The notes beneath the pieces are model-generated. The model saw only the letters and a program-made list of their open reading frames with translations. It did no database searches and was not told where the DNA came from. Below are positions 1-12,906 of a stretch of 64,000 nt of DNA, piece after piece. Both the position numbers and the translations under genes were made by a program. Location of the stretch: contig NC_043001.1 of the NCBI RefSeq assembly GCF_006345805.1, positions 35,650,001 through 35,714,000 of the forward strand. The letters are read 5' to 3'. This DNA comes from Octopus sinensis. Taxonomy: Eukaryota. Position 1 is the first letter of the stretch; the number at the start of each line of letters is the position of its first letter.

Positions 1-59
1 AGCCAAATGCTAGCGATAATCCCATCTGGCTTAATATCTTTGTTTCCATTGATGCTGCT

Positions 60-850
60 GCTTCAATATAATTCACTGAATTTACAAAGTTCCCATCTTT
101 CTTCAGCTTTCTGATCTGAGGCCTATAAAATACTCCAGCTTTTATCTTTTTTACTGCTCAGACCAGCAAATGTGCTGCAGATATAGTGAAAGCATGACCT
201 ATGTTTATCCAGAGCTTTAACAAACCTCTTCATTATCCCAAGTTTGATCGAAAATGTAGGTGGGATGTTTTTACTGCAATGAAACACTGAAACTAATGTT
301 TATTGTGGCCACTTTTTAGAGCAGCCAATGATTTTACTCTGTCTTGGCTGAATATTTAGTGCATCCATTTTGTTGCCCCAGGAGAAAGCTGACCAACTTA
401 AAGTCCATGCATATCACCCACTAATAATTCTGGTATCTAATTTTCGCTAGCACAGCTTTCCCGATTTCGTATTTCACTGCTAGTTTTGCAGAGTGATCAA
501 TAAGAAGAGAAGCCAATATATTTCCTTTATGAAGCATAACACACTTCAAATTTATTTTTGAACTATCAATGAAAGGGCACCAATCACTTGCATAATATCT
601 CGCTAATCCCATCCTCCGAAACAGTCCCTCAGAATTTGTGCAATAGAATAATTCATAATTTTCTGTAAAACAAAACGAAGAAATTCGGCATCCATAGTGT
701 AATAGAAGGCGTCTTTATTTTTTTCTTCAAGAAGGCTTTTTTCTTTTAATTGAGACCCAAGAACTGCAGGTTCCTTTGATAAGTGAAATTCCCTTACCTA
801 GTCACTGAGTTCATTTAGATCAAATAGCTGTGGATCTCACAAACTAGAGC
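60..850 (-). mobile_element. Decayed cut-and-paste DNA transposase fragment, probably CMC/Chapaev-like
   Basis: Minus-strand peptides across stops and frameshifts: DPQLFDLNELSD*VREFHLSKEPAVLGSQLKEKSLLE; FIDSSKINLKCVMLHKGN; *WVICMDFKLVSFLLGQQNGCTKY; GIMKRFVKALDK; PQIRKL. These match a widespread invertebrate transposase family. The superfamily label is from memory and needs an HMM check. Confidence 0.8.
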
Positions 851-1554
851 GGATCATCTCTGGCATCTTCTGGCTCGGTTGGTACTTACTGATCTTGTAA
901 CTTGCGGAACTTTGTACTAAATTTCACCGGTAAAAAAGCATGTATTTTTCTCTAAAACCAAATAAGGAAAATTGTGAAAACTGGAGGGTTTGGGTGTCTT
1001 GAAACCTAGACGTGATGGTAAAAAATGGATACCATTTTTGGATTCAGCATATCAAGTGAAAACGTCCTGGCAATACTTGTTGGATTGTGTAGCCTTCAAA
1101 TTTTCTTGTCAAATGACAGATTTACATTGGAAGAAGAAATAATACATATAGCGAAATGTGAGTTCCTTCTTGAAGTAAGAGTGATTTTATTGAACGGGGT
1201 AAAGTTAAACAAATCAGCAATGAAAAAATGCAGAGCTAATGCCAATATGAAGTGCAAATCAAAGAACTTCATTTACTGCGTAACATATAATCAATGCATT
1301 ACCAAATATATCTTTCAAACAAGAACAAAATTAATGGTCTGAGACAAAGTTCTTTACACATAATGATGGATACATCTTTTATGAATAAAACATACGGTGA
1401 GTATTTTCATAATTGTTTTTTACTTGAATCTTCGAGCATATTGTTCCGCTGCAGAATATTTATCACAATGAATCTATGAACCATAGCGTTTATTTAGCGT
1501 ATGGTGGTACAACATGGATGTAGATTGCTTTTTTCTATAGTGGTTCCAATGCTC

Positions 1555-1885
1555 CGTGGAAGGGCGTGGCTTAGTGGTTACGGTATTCGACTCATGGTCG
1601 CAAGGTCGCGAGTTGAGTTCCCGGCGATGTGCTGTGTCCTTGAAGAAGACACTTTATTTTCATGTTGCTCCGGTCCACTCAGCTAGCAAAAATGAGTAGT
1701 GTCTGTATTTCAAAGGGCCAGCTTTGTTACACTCTGTGTCACGTTAAATCCCCCTGAGAACTACGTTCAGGGTTACAGGTGTCTATGGAATGCTCAGCAA
1801 CTTGCACGTTAATTTCAGGAACAGGCTGTTCCGGTTGATCGAATCAACGGGAACCCTCGTTGTCGTAACCGACGGAGGGCCAGTT
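1555..1885 (+). mobile_element. tRNA-derived SINE (family C: tRNA head plus CORE-like domain)
   Basis: A box TGGCTTAGTGG, degenerate B box, then TGTGTCCTTGAAGAAGACACTTTATTTTCATGTTGCTCC shared with copies at 29780, 38340, 42880 and 46502. Confidence 0.75.
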
Positions 1886-2919
1886 AGTTCTAATGCTCCC
1901 TAAACCTTAACCAATGGGTATGCTACCGGCTTCCAGAACAGTTGCCATACCTATATGGTGCATTTTGTATGCGTGTGGCCGTGTATGATATACAAGAGTA
2001 CGTTTATGATCTTGTCTAATATGTTTCCGTTAAAGTTCTGGCCTTGTGCATATACTAGAAATGCAGTTATTTCATAGTTATTTGGCTCTTCATTGTTTAT
2101 AGACGTACGTTTAAATACATCAACTATCAAGAATGTAAATAGATTTGTGTTTTAAGTAGATATGTCAAACATACATCAAGTATACATAATGAATGATTTT
2201 TACGTCCTTTTAAAATATATCAATAAAACAAAAGAAAACAACACAAGGAAAAACAAGGGCAGAATGATACAAATAGATATATAAAAATTTGTAGACAAAG
2301 AGAAAAAATTCAATCTAAAATTTACCAATAGCAGTCTACGTCAAAGGGTCAAATAGCAGCTTGTGAGTGTATAAAAGTTCTACTAAAATAAAGATTCGTT
2401 GATAATCAGCTTGTAAACAGAATGGAAAAGCAAAAAAAAAAAAAAAAAAAAAAAAACTGAATGAGAAACTAACCAATGGAATTAAACTGCATGGAAAAAA
2501 AAGAAAAAATATCAATGGATATAAAAGAACTGATTCACAGAGTAAGATAATTTCTTGCCTGACAATCGATGTGACCTGAATCTTAAGTTGCGCAGAAAGT
2601 GTTCAACTTAAATGAACTTAAATTTTACAACATGGGTTGAGTACTCTTTTCTTCGCTTGAAAATGTTTCATGCAAACCTATATACAGATACACACACATA
2701 CACACTAAAATACACGCATACACACACACACACACATTCATACACAAATACACACATACATACACAAACACACACACAAACACACATACAAATACACAGG
2801 CACACAGATATTACTGCTCCGTTAATGTAAAGCGCAACAAAAAAAAAATCATTTTATCCAGTGAGAGATAAATATTTAATATTTATTGTATAAATAGGAA
2901 ATAGTTTAGTTTCTTGTCA

Positions 2920-3125
2920 TTAAGACGCGTGCCTGACGGGGTTTTATATCGTGCCTTATGCCTCCAAGCAATATTTAGGTTTAGAGCACATAGTTTGAAT
3001 ATCAGAACGCTGGCACATGAGAAGCCGTCCTAATTTTCAAATTGAATGAAACATGGGCTCACATCCGGAGGATTGCTTGGAAATACAAGGTACGAGATAA
3101 AACCCTGTCTAACCACATGCTTTAA
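2920..3125. mobile_element. Degenerate TTAA-flanked MITE (Kolobok- or piggyBac-like)
   Basis: TTAA at 2920-2923 and 3122-3125, with imperfect ~35-bp terminal inverted repeats (GACGCGTGCCTGACGGGGTTTTATATCGTGCCT versus reverse complement AGCATGTGGTTAGACAGGGTTTTATCTCGTACCT). Confidence 0.45.
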
Positions 3126-3186
3126 TGGAATGAAACGGTAAGTAGGTTCCTATTTAATACAGCGTACATTAAATGAATTATATATA

Positions 3187-3600
3187 TACTCTCTACTCTT
3201 TTACTCTTGTACTTGTTTCAGTCATTTGACTGCGGCCATGCTGGAGCACCGCATTTAATCGAGCAACTCGACCCCGGGACTTATTCTTTTGTAAGCCCAG
3301 TACTTGTTTTATCGGTCTCTATTGCCGAACCGCTAAGTAACGGGGACATAAACACACCACCATCGGTTGTCAAGCAATGCTAGGGGACAAACACAGACAC
3401 ACAAACAAACACACGCATATATATATACATATATTCGACGGGCTTCTTTCAGTTTCCGTCAACCAAATCCACTCACAAGGCTTTGGTCGTCCCGAGGCTA
3501 TAGTAGAAGACACTTGCCCTAGGTGCCACGCAGTGGGACTGAACCCGGAACCATGTGGTTGGTAAACAAGCTACTTACCATACAGCCACTCCTGCGCCTA
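3187..3600 (-). mobile_element. tRNA-derived SINE (family A), full length
   Basis: Minus-strand head GGCGCAGGAGTGGCTGTATGG (A box) and GGTTCAGTCCC (B box), CORE-like CCTAGGGCAAGTGTCTT, internal (TA)/(CA) tract, tail with AGAGTA repeats. More than a dozen related copies in the window. Confidence 0.9.
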
Positions 3601-3612
3601 TATATAATTATG

Positions 3613-3736
<124 letters not shown>

Positions 3737-3740
3737 ATAT

Positions 3741-3981
3741 ATACAAAATGGGACAAGAACGCAAAACATCCGGACAACTGAGTGATACATAAAGGGACAA
3801 AACATCCAAATAGACGATACAAGAAAAAAAAAGACAAGGACGGGTCATTCGAAGTTTTCTATCCTCAGTCAAGAACCGGATCATCCTCGCAATTTCAGCT
3901 GATTAATCTTCTCTTCCCCCTCCTTAATTCTTTTGTTCCTCTTTTTCTCTCTCTTCTCTTCCCACGTACCCGATATGCCAG

Positions 3982-4012
<31 letters not shown>

Positions 4013-4590
4013 TATATAAATATATATAATATAAAATGGGACAAGAATGCAAATCATCCGGACAGCTAGGTGATGCAAAAAGGGACAACAAAACATCCAG
4101 ATAGACGATACAAAGAAAACAAGGACGGGTCATTCGAAGCTTTCTATCCTCAGTCAATAATCGGATCATCCTCGCAAGTTCGACTGATTAATCTTGAGAT
4201 TGCTCCAATCTGACCAGCCCCAAGGAAAAACTAAGCTAAGGGCATTAGGTTCCTTGGAAGAAAGCATTGATTGTATACGAAAACAAGGACGGAAAAACGG
4301 ATGATGTTACACAAATATAAATACAAGATACAATAAAAATAATGATAATAACAGGACATAACAACAGGTGTCTTTCGACTTGGGACGAATTGAATTCAGC
4401 TGGCGTGTGTGGATATGAAGCCTTACGGCAGAGATACGAGTCTTTCAGAAATACAGGGAAGAATATCGATGTTACACTGACCGTAGTCAGACGCAAAAAG
4501 AGGGCTAGTATCTGGCATATCGGGTACGTGGGAGAGAAGACAGAAAAAGAGGAACAAAAGATTAAGGAGGGGGAAGAGAAGATTAATCAG
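3741..4590. repeat. Non-coding interspersed repeat family X (two heads at 3741 and 4033), possibly Penelope-like LTR derived
   Basis: Heads AAAATGGGACAAGAA...GACGGGTCATTC...CTCAGTCAA start directly after (TA)n. A homologous copy at 35165-35640 shares GACGGGTCATTC and AACAACAGGTGTCTTTCGACT. Confidence 0.55.
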
Positions 4591-4742
4591 CTGAAATTGC
4601 AGGATGATCCGGTTCTTGACTGAGGATAGAAAACTTCGAATGACCGTCCTTGTCTTTTTTTTTCTTGTATCGTCTATTTGGATGTTTTGTCCCTTTATGT
4701 ATCACTCAGTTGTCCGGATGTTTTGCGTTCTTGTCCCATTTG

Positions 4743-4806
<64 letters not shown>

Positions 4807-4835
4807 ATAATATATATATATATATATATTATATA

Positions 4836-4873
<38 letters not shown>

Positions 4874-4899
4874 CTATATATATATACATAATTATATAT

Positions 4900-5029
4900 A
4901 GGCGCAGGAGTGGCTGTATGGTAAGTAGCTTGTTTACCAACACATGGTTCCGGGTTCAGTCCCACTGCGTGGCACCTAGGGCAAGTGTCTTCTACTATAG
5001 CCTCGGGGCGACCAAAGCCTTGTGAGTGG

Positions 5030-5030
<1 letters not shown>
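4900..5030 (+). mobile_element. Family A SINE head, truncated; inverted duplicate of 3470-3600
   Basis: Carries the same diagnostic variants (TATGGTA, CCTAGGG) as the 3187-3600 copy in reverse complement and ends abruptly at GTGGAT followed by (TA)n. Confidence 0.85.
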
Positions 5031-5068
<38 letters not shown>

Positions 5069-5879
5069 TATATATATACATGCATATATATATGTATACA
5101 TGCATGTACTTGGGGCTCCCTGCACACATATGTGAGCATATGTGTGCATATGCGTGTGAGAAAAGGAGAGATGGATGGAGATACGAACGGAAAGGATTAA
5201 AAGACATGTGCGAAAGCATACAGTGTGAAGCTACTGCGCATGTTGTATTTGTTAAAAATCACGTGTTTATATAAAACAAGATTAACTATGTAAATACAAG
5301 TATATCTGTATGTGTATTTTTCGTATGCATGCATTAAGTATAATTGCATATAAAAATATACACAAATATAAATCAAACTAACTTTTACAGATGCTGACGT
5401 CTCTTTTTGTTTTTGTTTTGGTTTTTTTGTTGTCATTTTGCTTTTGTTTTTATCACAGTTTGAAATAACCTTGTCTCTGTTTTCTCCGTGTTTTTTTTTT
5501 TTTTTTTTCCTTTTCCTTAGTTCAAAAGCTGTCTCTTGCCGTCATATCTGGTGCCACAGAACTGCAATTGTCACTGACAAATCTATTCGAACACTTTTCT
5601 ACACTCGTTGCTAAGCCAAGCCATTTCGCTGCTCTGCTCTTAAACAGACGTCAGCTAAAAGATATTGGCGCCTGTCAAACATTGGTGACAGTTTCACAGA
5701 GACACTTTGACGGTTCTTGTGGAAATGATGTTGTTTTCTATACTTCCACTGCGTTTTCTTCCTTTTCTTCCTGTATACATACACTGACACAAATACAACT
5801 AGACGAGAGACACACCTATATATGTTATGTTTAGTTTACGTTTATATGTATATTATTGTATTTATGAATATACATACTT

Positions 5880-5923
5880 ATGAAATAGGTATTCATATAC
5901 ATATATAGATATATATATATATA

Positions 5924-5973
<50 letters not shown>

Positions 5974-6746
5974 TATATATTATATATATATATATATGTA
6001 CAAATATGTATATATGTATAATGTATCTATCTATATATGTATATATAGATAGATACATGCATATATATTATATATATATATATATAATATATAAGATGTA
6101 TATATATGTATATATATGCGTATATATATATGTATATACATATGTATGCATGTATACATATATATATATGTGTGTGTATGTATACATATATATACATATA
6201 TACATATATATATATATACATATATATGTATATACATATATTATATATGTGTATGTATATGTATATATATATATATATTATATATATATATATATGTATA
6301 TATATATAAATACATATATATATATATGTATATATATATACATATATATATGTATGTATATACACTATGTATATTTATAAATACTTATAAATATACATGT
6401 AAATTTTTACATTTGATTTCCATATAAGTATACATATATATATATACTTTAAACGTATGTGTGTATATGTACACATATATGCATATGTGTGTGTGGAGGG
6501 GGGCGTGTGTGTAATAATTGTCATGTACGCAGGGACTCTTATGCACCATACCGGCACTCAGCGTACATAAACAGCATGTATGCATGTATATGACGTGCTA
6601 AAAAGCATACAATTTTACTGAGTACATGTATTCTAGTTTATAATAATACATCACAGATTTAATTGGCTTTTACACACATACATGCATATATACATACATA
6701 CATATATACATACGGGCATGTATACATACATGCATATATACATACA

Positions 6747-6785
<39 letters not shown>

Positions 6786-7030
6786 GCGTCCGCACATACA
6801 CACACAGGATAAGTATCTAGATACATATAATAACCGCTGTTATATAATGCATATATGTACTCACACCTTCGTATTTACTCGCATGCCTACATCCATCCAT
6901 CCATCCTTACATACATACATACATACATACATACGTACGTACGTACATACATACATACATACATACATACATACATACATACATACATACATACATACAT
7001 ACATACATACATACATACATACATACATAC
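5880..7030. repeat. Compound (TA)n/(TG)n/(TACA)n microsatellite block
   Basis: Directly visible low-complexity arrays; they explain the poly-YI/HT ORFs here. Confidence 0.95.
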
Positions 7031-7124
7031 ATGGGAATCTGAGTTGGATAATTAAATTTGATTTCTCAACAGACGTATCTAAAACTTTTTATTCGCAAAG
7101 GAAAAAATAATATGACTTCTCATG

Positions 7125-7262
7125 CTGTGTGGTAAGTAGATTCCGGGTTCGGTCCCACTGCCTAGTACCTTGGGAAAGTGTCTTCTACTATAGCCTCGAG
7201 CCGACCAAAGGTTTGTGAGTGGATTTGTTAGACGGAAACTGAAAGAAGCCCGTCGTATATAC
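7125..7262 (+). mobile_element. Family A SINE head, partial
   Basis: CTGTGTGGTAAGTAG...CCTTGGGAAAGTGTCTTCTACTATAGCC...GAAAGAAGCCCGTCG. Confidence 0.8.
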
Positions 7263-7905
7263 GAGTATGCTTCTGCTTTGGGGTTGAGAAGAATTCTATA
7301 CAATGATCTCAATTTCCAGCGATAAAAAATGATGGTCGCTCAGGAACTTCATTGATATGACTGGGAAAACTCTATGACATACTTTAAGAATATTTCTCAC
7401 AACGTTCTTGCAGATGCTGTTCTCACAAACGAAGAAGCCCACTTCGTCTCCCTGACTACATTAACAAAGAAGATTTTTGCAACTGGGTGGAAAACCAATC
7501 TAAACAGATTCATAAAAAAACATCTGTACAGCGAACGCTCGAAAGAGTAGCTCTGATAATCCTCACCGATATGTGAAGAATGTATTTCTTGCTCGACAAG
7601 AACAGGGCATGCGTAAGCACATTCTAGGTCTTTAAAATGAAGAATGATACGATAAAAGAGGCAGAATCCCATAGAATCTCACACCTGTTCACATGCTGAT
7701 ATCAGAAAATATGGAAGAAAAGAATAAGGGTCTGACAACCAAAGATTTTGGTACTAACGTATGTATGTGTATGTGTATGTATGCATGTATGTATGTATAT
7801 ACGTATGTATGTATGTATGTATGTATGTATGTATGTATGTATGTATGTATGTACGCGTCCATACAGTTTTCGCCTACCAAATTCACTCACATGGGCGGCT
7901 CGGAC

Positions 7906-8138
7906 GCGAGTTTTTTTCCCCACAAGAGATCCGGATCCCCTTTCCACATTTTTTCCATCCGCACTTTTACCATATCGGGCCCTAACAAAATCCGATAATA
8001 GGTATAGATGCAAATCGAATTACTCGTCTCCTAAAATCAGGCATAACCTTGGCAACAAAGTCAAGGTGAGCGCTGATTGGCTGTGTGCAAATGAGTTCAT
8101 TACTGAGGTCCGGAACTCTCGTGGGTAAAAAAATTCGC
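7906..8138. mobile_element. MITE with ~30-bp TIRs inserted into a family A SINE head (host about 7864-8260, minus strand)
   Basis: GCGAGTTTTTTTCCCCACAAGAGATCCGGA and TCCGGAACTCTCGTGGGTAAAAAAATTCGC are inverted repeats. Flanks GGCTCGGAC (7897-7905) and GGCCCGAAC (8139-8147) look like a decayed 9-bp target-site duplication. Confidence 0.65.
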
Positions 8139-8309
8139 GGCCCGAACTATAGAAGTCTCTCGCCCAAGTTGCAACGCAGAGGAGCTGAACCCGAAACCAC
8201 ATGCTTGTAATACGAGCTGCTTAACCACAAAGATATACCTCCGCCGAGTTTAAATTACTGAGATCAAATCGTCGCATAAACACATCCTAACTTCGTAGCC
8301 AATGGTATA

Positions 8310-8539
8310 TACTCTTTACTCTCTTTTTACTCTTTTACTTGTTTCAGTCATTTGACTGCGGCCATGCTGGAGCACCGCCTTTAATCGAGCAACTCGACCC
8401 CGGGACTTATTCTTTTGTAAGCCCAGTACTTATTCTATCGGTCTCTTTTGCTAAGTAACGGGGACATAAACACACCAGCATCGGTTGTCAAGCAATGCTA
8501 GGGACACACACACAAATACACACACGCATATATATATAT

Positions 8540-8616
<77 letters not shown>

Positions 8617-8776
8617 GACGGGCTTCTTTCAGTTTCCGTCTACCAAATCCACTCACAAGTGGTCGGCCCGAGGCTATAGTAGAAGACACTTGCCCAAGGT
8701 GCCAGGCAGTGGGACTGAACCCAGAACCATGTGGTTGGTAAACAAGCTACTTACCATACAGCCACTCCTGCGCCTA
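8310..8776 (-). mobile_element. Family A SINE, full length with expanded internal (TA)n
   Basis: Same head, body and tail as 3187-3600. Confidence 0.9.
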
Positions 8777-9663
8777 TATACGTTTAATAAAATAACTTCT
8801 CAAGAAAACCATGACACATTCCTGTAATATCAGTGGATCAAGTTAAAAAAAAAAGAAGATAAACAGTAACAAAAATATGTGAAATAGTTGTATGATATCG
8901 TTTGCAAGGTGAAGCTGAAAATATTGGTAATAGTCTTTGCTAAATTGCTCCATAAATCAAAATCAGCGATGTTCCATTTGTCATGCTTCTATTTTTAATA
9001 AATCTATCTCACCTCATTTATAATTTTCCCACTGTTGAGACTTGGAAGTCAGTATTTTATTAAAACCTGAGGTGTTAGTGATTTTCTCTCATTCTTCAAG
9101 GTTTCCTCCGTTCTCGCTTGACATACAACGCCCGCACGAACTATTGTTTGCTGAGATATTGTTCAAAAGTATATTCTTTCCTTCATCACTTTCTCTCTTT
9201 CTCTTTCTCTCTCTCTCTCTCTTCCTCTCTCTGTCCCTATACGTATGTATATATAGAGATAGATAGATTGATTGATTGATGGATATATATAAAGAGAAAA
9301 AGATGTAGATGTGTATATGTGTATGTGTCTGTGTATTTGTGTGTATACCTGTGTGTATATATATATATGATCGTTACACACGTGACTCTACTAGTTTGAT
9401 AAGGGTCATGGACGAAGCTCTCGACCCTTGAAACAATGTAACTATCTGTGGTTCTGCAGATTAAAAACATTAAAATATCTATACATATGTATTGGTTTCT
9501 ACCTCTCTTGTTTGTTGAACCAAACATATATGTATATTTGCTTTTTTTATGATGCACAGATGGCTGTTTTAATCCAATGCTGCTTCTGTTGCATGCAACG
9601 GATGTGTACTTGTGCGTGTGTAAAATATAAATTGTTTTCTATCACGATATTACTTATAATGGT

Positions 9664-9686
9664 TGTTGCTGTTGTTGTTGTTGTTG

Positions 9687-9733
<47 letters not shown>

Positions 9734-9812
9734 TTCGTTGCCTTTGCGCAGCTTCTAACGCTGCAGATTATTATTATTATCCTTATTATTATTATTATTA
9801 TTATCATTATTA

Positions 9813-9862
<50 letters not shown>
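9664..9862. repeat. (TGT)n/(TAT)n trinucleotide microsatellite
   Basis: Directly visible; source of the poly-V/I/L and poly-N/T ORFs. Confidence 0.95.
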
Positions 9863-9863
<1 letters not shown>

Positions 9864-10166
9864 GAAAGCAGTGAGCTGGTAGAATTGTTAGCACGCCGGG
9901 CGAAATGCTTGACAGTATTTCGTCTGCCGCTTCGTTCTGAGTTCAAATTCCGCCGATGTCGACTTTACCCTTCATCCTTTCGGGGTCGAGAAATTAAATA
10001 CCAGTTGAGTACTGGGGTTAATGTAATCGACTAGTCTTACCCCGAAATTTCAGGCTTTGTGCCTATGTAGAAAGGATAATAATAATAATAATAATAATAA
10101 TAATTATTATTATTATTATTATTGTTATTATTATTATTATATTATTATATTATTATTATTATTATT

Positions 10167-10217
<51 letters not shown>

Positions 10218-11118
10218 GCTGTTATTATTATTGTTATAGTCGTAAAAGTGGTAAGCTGGCAGAATCGTTAGCACGCCAGGCCAATTGCTAAGTGGTATTT
10301 CGTCTGCCGTTACGTTCTGAGTTCAAATTCAGCCGAGGTCGACTTTGCCTTTCATCCTTTCGGGGTCGATAAATTAAGTACCAGTTACGCACTGGGGTCG
10401 ATGTAATCGACTTAATCCGTTTGTCTGTCCTTGTTTATCCCTTCTGTTTTAACCCCTTGTGGGTAGTAAAGAAATAGGTATTTCGTCTGCAGCTACGATC
10501 TGAGTTTAAATTACGCCGAGGTAGATTTTGTCTCTCATCCTTTCGGGGTCGATAAATTAAGTACCAGTAAAACACTGGGGTCGATGTAATCGTCTAGCCC
10601 CCTGCCCCCAAATTTCAAGGCCTTGTGCCTTCAGTAGAAAGGATTATTATTACAGTCGTAAAGGAGGCGAGTTGGCTAAATCGTTAACACACCGGGCAAA
10701 ATGCTTAGCGTTATTCCGTGTTTTCATGTTCTGAGTTCAAATTCCTCCGAGGTTGACTTAGCCTTTTATCCTTTCTTCAGGTGATAAATTAAGTACCAGT
10801 GGAACACTGGAGTCTATGGAATCGACTAGTCCAATCCCCACCAAAAAATTTCAGGCATTCTGCCTTAAGTATAATGGATTTTTATAAGGCGTCGAGCTGG
10901 CAGAAACGGTAGCACGCCGGGCGAAATGCGTAGCCGTATTTCGTCTGCTGCTACGTTCTGAGTTCAAATTCCGCCGAGGTTGACTTTGCTTTTCATCCTT
11001 TCGGGGTCGATAAATTAAGTACCAGTTACGCACTGGGGTCGATGGAATCGACTTAATCGCTTTGTCTGTCCTTGTTTGTCCCCTCTGTGTTTAGCCCCTT
11101 GTGGGTAGTAAAGAAATA
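9864..11118 (+). mobile_element. Cluster of family B tRNA-SINEs (about 9864-10076, 10243-10650 nested pair, 10658-10880, 10884-11118)
   Basis: Repeated GAGCTGGCAGAA (A box) ...GAGTTCAAATTCC (B box) ...GCCTTTCATCCTTTCGGGGTCGATAAATTAAGTACCAG (resembles the Nin/Deu-type central domain, from memory). Two tail types: ...GTAGTAAAGAAATA (B1) and ...GTAGAAAGGATTATT (B2). Confidence 0.9.
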
Positions 11119-12126
11119 TATAAAACGATTTTTATTATTATAGTTGTTGCTGCTGTTTATTTTTGTGTAATTTTGGTATCGAGCAGACATAAGCTAAACG
11201 ACCTTTGGCCAAGATTAAAAGAAATTATTGGAAGTGAGGTGGGTCGTTAGAATCGTTAGAGATCCTGTATTTGTTCAGGGTCTTTACGTTCAGAGATCAA
11301 CTTCACTTTTCCTTTTTCTGGAAGTCGATAACAATACTCTGTTAGGTTTTGTAATCAAGATAATCGACTAACTTCCTCACATCGAATTCCAGTCCTTATG
11401 CCTATTCTATGACCAATTATTTCAAGGCTCACAGATTGGAAAAGGCGTTTTTCCAGCAGTCACTGATCTGTGTTTAAATTTCATCGATATCATCTTTATT
11501 TTTTTAATCTTTTCCGGGTCGATAAATTAAAATACTATAAAGATACCGGACGACTCCAGACGCATACTCGGGTCATTAGTACCGGCCGACCTTTTCCTCT
11601 CAAAATTACTGGCCTTGTGTCAAAATTAGAAACCGTTATAGAAAGGGTGGAGGATTGACCGTTAGAGCATTGGACAAAATTTCTTTCGTATATTTACGTT
11701 CCGAGTTCATATGCCACCGAAGCCAACTCTGTTTTCATCCTTTCGAGATCAATAAAATGATATTGCTGTCGTTTGCCTAAATTTGAAATTATCCATATAA
11801 AAATTAGTAGAGAAATCGTTATTATTGATTTTGCTTATCTTAAGTCTTTTATACATTACTTATTTCAGTCATTAGACTGCGGCCATCCTGGGGCATCGTC
11901 TTGAGGGAATTTCAGCCGAACGAACCGACCCCAATGCACATTGTTTCCTTTTTTCCTTAAGCCTATATAGGTGTATGCGTGTACGTTTTTCCCACCACCA
12001 CTTGAAAACTGGTGTTGGTGTGTTTACGCCCTCTTGCTTTGCAGTGTGATGCACCTAGAGCCGTGTGGTTGTGCAGTAAACGTATTAACACACTGCGACG
12101 CCTGCGGTTTGATTTTTTTTTTTTTT

Positions 12127-12514
12127 TACTTGTTTCAGTCATTTTGACTGCGGCCATGCTGGAGCACCGCCTTAAATCGAGCAACTCGACCCCGGGACTT
12201 ATCCTTTGTAAGCCCAGTACTTATTCTATCGGTCTCTTTTGCCGAACCGTTAAGTGACGGGGACATAAACACACCAGCATCGGTTGTCAAGCAATGCTAG
12301 GGGGACAAACACAGACACACAAACACACACACATACATATATATATACATGTATACGACGGGCTTCTTTCAGTTTCCGTCTACCAAATCCACTCACAAGG
12401 CATTGGTCGGCCCGGGGCTATAGTAGAAGACACTTGCCTAAGATGCTACACAGTGGGACTGAACCCGGAACCATGTGGTTGGTAAACAAACTACTTACCA
12501 CACAGCCACTCCTG
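12127..12514 (-). mobile_element. Family A SINE, near full length
   Basis: Same body as 3187-3600; an older partial copy lies at about 11868-12080. Confidence 0.88.
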
Positions 12515-12540
12515 TTTACATTTTAATTAGTTTTTCTATA

Positions 12541-12906
12541 TTTATTACTTCTGCCTTAGCGAAGGAGGAGTTATTGTTTTCAGTCGTGTTTCTTTGTCCG
12601 TGGACAAGATATCTCAAGAACCACTGGATGGATTCGGATGAAACATTCAGGGATGTTTGGCCTCGTGGCTGGCACAAACTGGTTAGATTTAGGGATCGAT
12701 CCGGTACCGGGCAAGGATGCTGGATTATTTTTCCGGTGTTTTTACTTAATTTTTGAGAGAGGCCATGTTCATTTTTAGCATTCTCGCTTTTGAGTGCAGT
12801 CGAGTTTATTTCGGATATTCTCATTTTAAAAATCATCTCTGAGTTAATCGTTGAGAGGACGTTGGGTTGCCTTGACGGAGGTTTGCGCTCTCTGAGTGCT
12901 TTTGTT
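12541..12906 (+). mobile_element. Non-autonomous Helentron (HINE/DINE-1-like) element
   Basis: Starts TTTATTACTTCTGCC...AAGGAGGAGTTATTGTTTTC and ends CCTTGACGGAGG-TTT-GCGCTCTCTGAGTGC-TTTT: decayed subterminal inverted repeats plus a 3' hairpin in T-rich flanks, the known HINE layout. Confidence 0.7.
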
